64,000 bases of DNA from the human T2T-CHM13v2.0 reference genome, Homo sapiens. Position numbers and translations under genes: made by a program. Below the pieces are notes generated by a model, which was not told where the DNA came from, did not search any database, and saw only the letters and a list, made by a program, of their open reading frames with translations. Shown here in pieces: positions 53,210-64,000 of this stretch (positions are counted from its first letter, which is position 1; each line of letters begins with the position of its first letter). The stretch lies in NCBI RefSeq assembly GCF_009914755.1, contig NC_060928.1; one strand, written 5' to 3'.

Positions 53210-54210
53210 ATGAGAAGGAACAGAAAAACAGTTCTGGTAATATGACAAAACAAGGTTCTTTAACAACCTCAAAAAATTACACTAGCTCACTCGCAACAAA
53301 CCAAGAAGAAAGTCATGATTTGACAAGAAAAAAAATTAGAAGGTTGATTATTAAGCTAATCAAGGAGGCACCAGAGAAAGGTAAAGTCCAGTGTAATGAA
53401 ATCCAAAAAATGATAGAAGATACAAGGGGAGAAATATTCAATGAAATAGATAGCATAAATAAAACACAGTTACAACTTCTGAAAATCAAGTACACATTTA
53501 TAGAATGCAAAATGCACTGGAAAGTCTCAGCAATAGAATCGAACAAGCAGAAGAAAGAACTTTAGAGCTCGAAGACAAGGTTTTCAAAATAACCCAAACT
53601 AAGACAAAGAAAAAACGATTTAAAAAATGAACAAAGCATCCAAGAAGTTTGGGATAATCTTAAATGACCAAACCTAAGAATAATTGGTGCTGTTGAGGAA
53701 GAAGAGAAATCTACAAGTTTGGAAAACATATTTGAGGGAATAATTGAGGAAAACTTCCCCAGCCTTGCTAGAGATGTAGACATACAACTACAAGAAGCTC
53801 AAAGAACACCTGGGAAATTCATCACAAAAAGATCATTGCCTAAGCACATAGTCATTTGGTTACCTAAAGTAAAGACAAAGGAAAAAATATTAAGAGCCAT
53901 GAAGCAAAAGCATAAGTTAACATATAAAGGAAAATCTATCAGACTAACAGCAGATTTCTCAGTGGAAACCCTGCAAGCCAGAAGGGATTGGGGCTCTATC
54001 TTCAACCTCCTTAAACAAAACAATTATCAGCTAAGAATTTTGTACTCAAGGAAACTAAGCTTCATAAATGAAGGAAAGATACAGTCTTTTTCAGACAAAC
54101 AAATGCTGTGAGAATTCACCACGATCAAGCCAGCACTACAAGAACTGCTAAAAGGAGTTCTAAATCTTGAAACAAATCCTAGAAACACAACCAAACTAAA
54201 ACCTCTTTAA
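53210..54210 (+). pseudogene. Disrupted L1 ORF1p
   Basis: ORF fragments ENIFEGIIEENFPSLAR...QEAQRTP...IRLTADFS.ETLQARR.W...F.DKQML, broken by stops and frameshifts. Confidence 0.92.
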
Positions 54211-54283
54211 AGCATGAATCTCACGGTACCCATAAAACAAAAATCAAAAAACAAAACAAAAAAAGCTACTCAGCAAAAATTGC

Positions 54284-57200
54284 ATGAGGAATGGAATGCT
54301 ACCTCACATCTCAGTACTAACATTGAATGTAAATGGCCTAAATTCTCCACTTAAGAAATACAGAATTGCAGAATGGATAAGAATTCACCAATCATATATC
54401 TGCTGCCTTCAAGAGACTCATCTATCACATAAGGACTCACATAAACTTAAGGTAAAGGGGTGGAAAAAGACCTTCCATGCAAATGGACACCAAAAGTGAG
54501 CAGGAGTAGCTATTCTTATATCAGGCAAAACAAACTTTAAAGCAACAGCAGTTAAAAAAGACAAAGAAGGACATTATATAATAACAAAAGTCTTGTCCAA
54601 TAGGAAAGTATTATAATCCTAAATATATATGCACCTAACAATGGAGCCCCCAGATTTATAAAACCATTATTACTAGACCTGAGAAATGAGATAGACAGCA
54701 ACACAATAATAATGGGGGGACTTCAATATTCCACTGAGAGCACTAGACAGGTCATCAAGACAGAAAGTCAATAAAGAAACAATGGATTTAAACCATACCC
54801 TGGAACAAATGGAATTAACAGAATATTCTACCCAACAACCACAAAATGTACATTCCATTCATCAGGGCATGGGACATTCTCCAAGATAGCACATATCATA
54901 GGCCACAAAACAAGTCTCAATAAATTTAAGAAAGCTGAAATTATATCAAATATTCTCTCTGACCACAGTGGAATAAAATTGAAACTCAACCTCAAAAACA
55001 ACCCTCAAAACCATGCAAATATGTGGAAATTAAATAACCTGCTCATGAATGATCATTGAGTCAACAATGAAATCAAGAAGGAAATTTAAAAATTCTGTGA
55101 ACTGAATGATAATAGTGACACAACCTGTCAAAACTTCTGAGATACAGCAAAGGCAGTGCTAAAAGGAAAGTTCATAGACTTAGATGCCCACATCAAAAAG
55201 TCTGAAAGAGCACAAATAGACAATCTAATGTCACATCTCAAAGAACTAGAAAAACAAGAACAAACCAAACCCAAACCCAGCAGAAGAAAAGGAATAACCA
55301 AGATGAGAGCAGAACTAAATGAAATTGAAACAACAAAACAATACAAAATATAATTGAAACAAAAAGCTTGTCCTTTGAAAAGATGAATAAAATTGATAGG
55401 CAACTAGAGAGATTAACCAAGAAAAAAGAGGGAAGATCCAAATATGCTCAATTAGAAACAAAACAGGAGATATTACAACTGACACCACAGAAATACAAAA
55501 GATCATTCAAGGCCACTATGAACACCTGTATGCACCTAAACCAGAAAACCTAGAGGAGATGGTAAATCTCTAGAAATATACAACCCTCCTAGCTTAAACC
55601 AGGAAGAATTAGACCTGAACAGACAAATAACAAGCAGCAAGATTGAAATGGTAATTTTAAAAATGCCAACAAAAAAAGTTCAAAACCAGATTATTAATAG
55701 CTGAATTCCATCAGACATTCAAAGAAGAATTGGTACTAATCCTGTTGGATTCCGCAATATAGAGAAATAGGGAATTCTCCCTGAATCATTCTATGAAGCC
55801 AGTATCACCCTAATAGCAAAACCAGAAAAGGACATAAAAAAGAAAACTATAAACCAATATCCCTGATGAATATAGATGCAAAAATCCTTAACAAAACACT
55901 AGCTAACTGAATCTAACAGCATATCAAAGAGATAATCCACCATGACCAAGTGGGTTTCATGCTAGGGATGCAGGGATGGTTTAATATATGCAAGTCAATA
56001 AATGTGATACACCACATAAACAGAATTAAAAACAAAAACCACACAATCATTTCAATAGATGCAGAAAAAGCATTTAACAAAATGCAGCATTCCTTTATGA
56101 TTAAACCCTCAGCAAAGCTGGCATACAAGAGACATGCCTTAATGTAATAAAAGCCATCTATGACAACCCACAGCCAGCATAATACTGAAAAGGCAGGAGT
56201 TGAAAGCATTCCCTCTGACAACTGGAACAATACAAGGATGGCCACTCTCAAAACTTCTATTCAACATAGTACTGGAAGTCCCAGCCAGAGAAACCAGACA
56301 AGAGAAAGAAATGGAAGGCATCCAAATTGATAAAGAGGAAGTCAAACTGTTGCTGTTTGCTGATGATATGATTGTATACCTAGAAAACCCTAAAGACTCC
56401 TCCAAAAAAGTACTAGAACTGATAAATGAATTCATCAAAGTTTCAGAATACAAAATTAATGTATACAAATCAGTAGCTCTGCTATACACCAACAGCGACC
56501 AAGCTGAGAATCAAATCATGAACTCTATCCCTTTTATGACAGCTGCAAAATAAATAAATAAATAAATAAAACATTTAGGAATATACCTAACCAACGAGGT
56601 GGAAGATCTGTACAAGGAAAACTACAATACACTGCTTAAAGAAATCATGGAAGACACAAACAAATGAAAACACATTCCATGTTCATGGATGGGTAGAATC
56701 AATATTGTAAAAATGACCAAACTGCCAAAAGCAATCTACAATTTCAATGCAATTCCCATCAAAATACCATGGTCATTCTTCACAGAACTAGGAAAGACAA
56801 TCCTAAAATTCATATGGAATCAAAAAAGAGCCTGCATAACCAAAGCATGACTAAGCAAAAAGAACAAATCTAGAGGCATCACATTACCTGACTTCAAACA
56901 AATTAAAAAAAAAAAATCTTATCAAAAAGTGGGCTAAAGACATGAATAGACAATTCTCAAAAGAGGATATACAAATGGCCAATAAACATATGAAAACAAA
57001 TGCTCAGCATCACTAATGATCATTGAAATGCAAATCCAAACCACAATATGATATCACCTTACTCCTGCAAGAATGGCCATAATCAAAAAATAAAAAAATA
57101 ATAAATGTGATGGGGTTGCAGTGAAAAGGGAACACTTTTACACTGTTGGTGGAAATGTAAACTAGTACAACAACTATGGAATACAGTGTGGAGATTCCTT

Positions 57201-57468
57201 AAAGAACTAAAAGTACAACCACCATTTGATCTAGCAATCCCACCACTGCATATCTACCCAGAGGGAAAGAAGTCATTATATGAAAAAGATAGTTGCACAC
57301 ACATGTTTATAGCAGCACAATTTACAATTGCAAAAATATGGAACCAGCCCAAATGTCCATCAATCAATGAGAGGATAAAGAAACTGTACATACCATGGAA
57401 TACTACTCAGCCATGAAAAGGAACAAAGTAATGGCATTTGCAGCAACCTGGATGGAATTGGAGACAAT
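54284..57468 (+). pseudogene. Disrupted L1 ORF2p (endonuclease and reverse transcriptase)
   Basis: EN motifs LTLNVNGLN and CLQETH. RT motifs [18 protein letters not shown] and [14 protein letters not shown] (FADD at 56356-56367). Many frameshifts. Confidence 0.93.
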
Positions 57469-57474
57469 ATGTTT

Positions 57475-57680
57475 AGCTGACTTTAACTGCTCAACATTAT
57501 TTTTGATGCAGAAATAGATGTTGATGCATGTAGCTGCAGTTTGCTCATTCTCGTTGCATTTTACTATCTGAATATACCACAATTTATCTGTTCTATTTTT
57601 AACGGGATTTTGAATGTTTTCCTCCGTTTTAGTCTCTTAGGAACCATCATTCTACATGACTTTTGCTATATATATAAATA
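57475..57680 (-). mobile_element. L1ME-type fragment
   Basis: CATGTAGCTGCAGTTTGCTCATT...GAATATACCACAATTTATC antisense 3' UTR motif. Confidence 0.6.
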
Positions 57681-58021
57681 CATTGCCAAGAAGAAATGAA
57701 ACATTTGAGTTTCACAAAATCAGTTGGAAAATGATAGTCCTCTTTCACTTTTTATCTGTTATCCGAAGGTGCTTGGGTAATACTGGTATTGTTTCTCCTC
57801 AAATGTTTCACAGAAGTCATGGATAAAGCCATCTTATCCTAGAAATTTCTTTTCATAAGAAGCTTTTAAATTATGAATTTACTTTACGTAATGCTTCTTG
57901 CATTTTTTTTACTAAGGTATAACTTACATAAATAAAAGAGCAGACTTCCTGTGTATGTTAGGATGAAACCAGTAAGGACCTGAAAGGAGTTTGAGTTTTA
58001 TTCTAAATGTGATAGATAATA

Positions 58022-58150
58022 TAGCCTTGACAAGTCCAATAATCTCTCTGGGTTTTCATTTTTACCACTGAAGTACTTACCTGCCTTACGAGGCTGTGTT
58101 GGGTTTATGAATGTAATGATCACAGCACCTACTAAATGGCAGTTATTATT
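58022..58150 (+). mobile_element. MIR fragment
   Basis: CCTTGACAAGTC...TCTCTCTGGGTTTTCATT...TAAATGGCAGTTATTATT. Confidence 0.55.
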
Positions 58151-58637
58151 TATTTCCTCTGTCATAGGTATAGATGGCAACTGGTGAATATCATGCTTGT
58201 TTGAAATACAAATAATTTCTTCTGAAGTTACAATTAATATGATTACTTAATCTTTTACATATTTTAGCATTCTATATTTTTAGCACCACTAATAGTCCTT
58301 GACATTTTGCATTACTTCTTTTCACCTTCCCCACAAACAAAGTAAACAAACACTTTCATGAAGATAGACTTTTATTTTGTGCTCTTGAAGAAGTAATTTC
58401 TTGAATGGAGTAAAAACAGGTTGAACAAAAACTGTGGAATGTCTAAGAAAAAACATTTCCACATTAAATACTCTTGTAAATTTCTAAAAATTTCATGACC
58501 TGTAGAAACAGAAATTCTTGGTGATTGGTGAAAATGAGTACAAGGAGGATTAGAAGACGCATCTGTAGTAAGAGTGTGTATATATGGAGTGAGGTAGTTA
58601 GAGAGTTGAGATCTTAGATAAGTAAATTTGCAAAATT

Positions 58638-58659
58638 CACACACACACACACACACACA
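58638..58659. repeat. (CA)11 microsatellite
   Basis: Read directly from the sequence. Confidence 0.95.
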
Positions 58660-59420
58660 TTTAGAAGAAGCCAGAGTAAATGGTGTGATCACAGAAATCA
58701 ACAGCAAGAGACATTATTGCTGTGTGGCAACTTCATGATATGAAGCCCAAGATTAGCTTTAATATAAAAAATAAAATTGGTTAATGCTGTGAGGTGTGAA
58801 AGGCAAGTAGCAGAAGTAGCAATCTGACACAGAAAGAGTTTAGAAATAAAATCCTTGAGGCCTTTAATGATTATGTATGCAATACACAAAATTTAGAAAG
58901 TGCTGGATATAGTTATCCTATAAGCATCCATCATGTTAGAATCTTATAGTTTCTCCTACAGTTATTTAAACCTTATAATTATTTAATGATTACTTTATTC
59001 ATATGAGTTACTATATCTCTACAATTCTGGCTGATTTCAAGATGTGAGAAATAAGAAGCCTTATCCAATGGAAGTAATAAGCTTCATTCTCAGAAAACTG
59101 CTTCTACACTCCAACAGATAAAAGAAATACTTCATACTTTATGAAATGATGAATTTCATTTATTTCTGAAATTGAGGGACATCTTTCCTTCTCTTCTTTT
59201 AAAATATCAAATCAAATTAAATTGAAGAGGATTCTATTCCTTCTAGTTTAGATTTAATTCATTCAGTAGGCCAATAAATATCCAGGATTTCTGTACTCTT
59301 CATAAAAACAGAAAATGAAACATCCCTACTCATCCAAAGAAAATGGAAGGGCATATATATTACATTATATATTTTAATTAGAATTAGTGTTAACCATCCC
59401 CTTTTTGGCTTATTTTTAAA

Positions 59421-59518
59421 TTTTTTTTTATACTTTAAGTTTTAGGGTACATGTGCACAACGTGCAGGTTAGTTACATATGTATAACGAGTTGATGGGTG
59501 CAGCACACCAACATGGCA
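59421..59518 (-). mobile_element. Miniature L1PA 3' end with a 5' inversion
   Basis: 59421-59485 is the antisense L1PA terminus. 59486-59518 is the adjacent L1 segment in sense orientation. Confidence 0.9.
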
Positions 59519-59907
59519 GAATAATTTTTTATTTATAAAAATTGCTCTTGTCTCTTTACCCTGACAGTTTTCCATTTGTATGAAACGTTAAAATGCAACT
59601 TTTAGTATGGAATTTCTCCTGTCAGTCCCACCTTGGATTTCTGCCACACTTGTGCTGACCTTCCACATAAGCGTTTATTGGCTTCAAGTAAGGACAACTT
59701 TTCCGGTTTGGGCTTGGGTCCTGTTCCAACAGAGTTATTTCCTGGATGCGGGGACTTGTCTGACTATGGAAATCCTGTCTGCACTCAGCATATACAGTTG
59801 TGTTGGGGAGTTACCTCATGGAGAACCCTGGGCCAATGGAAGACAGGAGATGATGAATAAAAATTTTCTCCTTTTTTCCTAAGGCAGTCAGTTCACAGGA
59901 TTATTTC

Positions 59908-61471
<1,564 letters not shown>

Positions 61472-62209
61472 TCACAGAAATATTTCACAAGGCTCCTTAG
61501 AAGGCCCTACAGGAGCAAATGCTAGCTGCCTTTAGAGTGGATAACTTAATTATACATCTTTATGTGAGTTTTCCTTTTTCCCCGTTTACTCCACCTGTTC
61601 CTCAAACCTACTGCCTGGGAGCGTATTTGTAAATAAGCTAGCTGAACACAAGCCTTTAATTCAGACTCTGCTTTTGGAAAAAGCCAGGCATTTTAATACT
61701 TAGGATCAAAACAGGTACAACAAACCAGCTCACTTTAGACAGTAATCCTCTATGACAGCTTGTAGGCTACCTGAACAAACTTGCTTCACCAGTTCCTTTA
61801 ATCACTTTAGTAAAACAGCATTTTCAATTTGTCCACCTTTCATGCTTTGTTTAGTTTTACCAGTTTCTGCTTCCCACACACACTTGAGAACAACACTCTG
61901 CCACTCTACCTGACTTGAATTACATTATGCTTACCAGGCTGTTTCTGCTTCCTAAATGATATCCCATGCTAGGGGCAAACCATGACCTAGTTTTGTCAAA
62001 GGCATAGCAAGAACAAGACTAAAGTATATTCTGCTTTGTATTTTACTCTTGTCTACTCACAATTTTGAGATATTGAATAAAAATGTAGTTAATATAGCTG
62101 CATTTAATTTGAATATTGGACCTCCTGTGTCGCTTCTTAACCTTGTCACATCTGCCATCTGGTAACTGAGATCTCAAGATTTTACCAGGAAAAAAATTAA
62201 ATATTTAAC

Positions 62210-62445
62210 ACATCTGTAGCAATTGTGATATGCAGAACTCTTTTGCATGTGTAATTTTATTTGATCCTCCAAACACCATAGTCATAAGAGAGATGGTACA
62301 CACAATAAAACTCTGTTTTACAAATGAGTACATCCAGATTTGAGAAAGAATTGCATTGCATTTGGCCAAGGTCACTGTTCTGGTCATTACTGGAGCCAAA
62401 ATATGAACTCAAGTTTTCTGACTTTCCAGTCAAATGTTCTTTACA
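62210..62445 (-). mobile_element. MIR
   Basis: TTTGATCCTCCAAACACC...TTTTACAAATGAG...TTGGCCAAGGTCAC...TGAACTCAAGTTTTCTGAC. Confidence 0.75.
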
Positions 62446-63678
62446 CGTGCAAAACAGATTAGTGTTCAACTGGTGTCATCCAATGCTATAGTAGTGTACG
62501 TAATCAAAACTTGCTTCTCCTTCCAAGAAAACATGGAAAGAAAAAAGAGAAATCTGTCATTTTCCTCCTGAATGAGGGGGAACATGAGGGAGAAATATGT
62601 TTGATTTGGGGAACAATGTTGTTATCTTTGTTGATGGGTAAAGGCAGCATTTTAGAATAATCAGAAGCCTATTTTCATTCTCCAAGAGCTTTGTTTATTG
62701 GCGAGTTTCTATGCTATCCTGGAAGTACAACAGATGCCTGGAGTGTCTGTAATGAACTTTGCATACATTAGTATGCTTGGCAATTAGAATTGCCTGCAGG
62801 TCCTCATGGATGACTTCTGTTCTCTTTTTTCTTGATATGTTTTACTTTCACAGTGAAATCGTTAATAGAGGCACCCCTACCTGGTTCGGGGTCATCAGGA
62901 TCCAGTGTTTGGCATGGTGGGACAAGCAAATTATAATCCGATAGTAGTTACCCAGGACCCCACTTTCCTTGCCAAGGAGAATGGGAAAGGAATTCAGAGA
63001 CTGCCAAACAATCTCATTTGGTTGGAATGTACACAAATTAATTATTTCCTGTAGCATTATTGAATCATATTCTCACAGATACTACTGAAAATAATTTTTA
63101 AATCAAGAATTTGTTTGCATATAATTCTCTAGTTAAAAGAATAATCCAAAATGAAATTCCCAAAGTCAATCTGAAATAATTCATAATATATTCTTTCAGT
63201 TTCTAAAACCTAAATACGCTCTTAAACCTGTTTGGGGTTTGGTCAGTTTTATTGCCTAGGTTGCAAACTGAAAGTCTTCTTTAATTTACATATTTTAGTA
63301 AGACATCGATTTATTCTTCAAACTGCCTCAAGTCTTTTCTATTCTTGCTACCCTCAGAGACTGCATTTTAATTTCCTACTAATAGCTGGCCAGAATAATG
63401 ATACAGAGAAGACAAACATTTTAAAAAGAAATCCTGAACTAACTTAGATATTGTATTTTTAAAAATACCTGTACATGGTAAGAAAAATATCTTACAGAAA
63501 ATATGGTTTTAGAGGATTAAAAATTATAAATATTAAATACAATTGAGAAACAGAGGAAACTAAAGTTCTAGAAGGCATTGGTTTCCAGCGCAAATTATAC
63601 AAATTATACTTATCAGTTTTACCACCCTGCTCCGGTAGATAGGTTTCCCATATTAAATCACCTTCTGTAATTCTTCAG

Positions 63679-63872
63679 GTCAGCTGCTTCTAAGTGATAT
63701 GGGATATGGTGGAATCATTAGATCCTGTGGTTGTGCATACATTGTTGCATCTTCTGTTGCCAGTTGGTCCCTTGATCAGAGGTGACATTAGTGAGATCTA
63801 GCTGTAAATCTGGTGTTCTTAAGTTCTTGGATACTGATGTTGTCTGTGTCTCTGAAACAAGGAAAAGGGAAG
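63679..63872 (+). other. Candidate non-coding exon (unverified)
   Basis: Acceptor CCTTCTGTAATTCTTCAG and consensus donor AAG|GTGAGT. Confidence 0.3.
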
Positions 63873-63900
63873 GTGAGTCCATAGCTAGAATATGCCTCAA

Positions 63901-64000
63901 CAGAACTGGCTTCATAATTTGTGGGACCCAGTACAAATTGAGAATGCAGGGTCCTTTGTTCAAAAACGATTAAGAATTTCACAATGGATTACATCAGAGC
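63901..64000 (+). mobile_element. MER45A hAT MITE (runs off the window end)
   Basis: CAGAACTGGCTTCATAATTTGTGGGACCCAGTACAAATTGAGAATGCAGGGTCCTTTGTTCAAAAA. Confidence 0.8.

Larger units (their letters stand above)
51804..57468 (+). mobile_element. Near full-length, decayed L1PB element lacking its 3' end
   Basis: 5' UTR AAATGGCAGATAGGAGGCAGGACTA. ORF1 and ORF2 remnants occur in order. No poly(A) tail. Confidence 0.93.

Noticed and set aside
51724-57416. Cluster of ORFs up to 176 aa on both strands
   Set aside because: They are fragments or antisense frames of a frameshifted L1PB and cannot encode functional ORF1p or ORF2p.

Overview
This is AT-rich, CpG-poor primate genomic DNA, human or a close hominoid judging from the AluS/AluJ, L1PA, LTR12, LTR2B, MER11 and THE1 content. 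It reads as intronic or intergenic sequence. I found no intact protein-coding gene, CpG island, tRNA, rRNA or CRISPR array. The ORF track is explained by Alu-derived frames, chance frames and broken LINE-1 ORF1/ORF2 pieces. The window holds 13 near-full Alus, a duplicated Alu fragment and a free monomer. It also holds about a dozen LTRs (MER11, LTR12, LTR2B, MER31, THE1, MLT1, LTR40, LTR33, LTR16), a 5.7 kb decayed L1PB, a 1.56 kb 5'-truncated L1PA, many MIR/L2 relics and three hAT MITEs. I found no convincing new biological system. The most notable structures are a collapsed ERV9 provirus remnant, a roughly 100 bp twin-primed L1, a 53 bp hairpin retrocopy with poly(A) and TSDs, a displaced local Alu duplication, template-switch scars, and several candidate cryptic or lncRNA exons and regulatory motifs. 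Repeat family names come from recalled consensus sequences, not from a database search.
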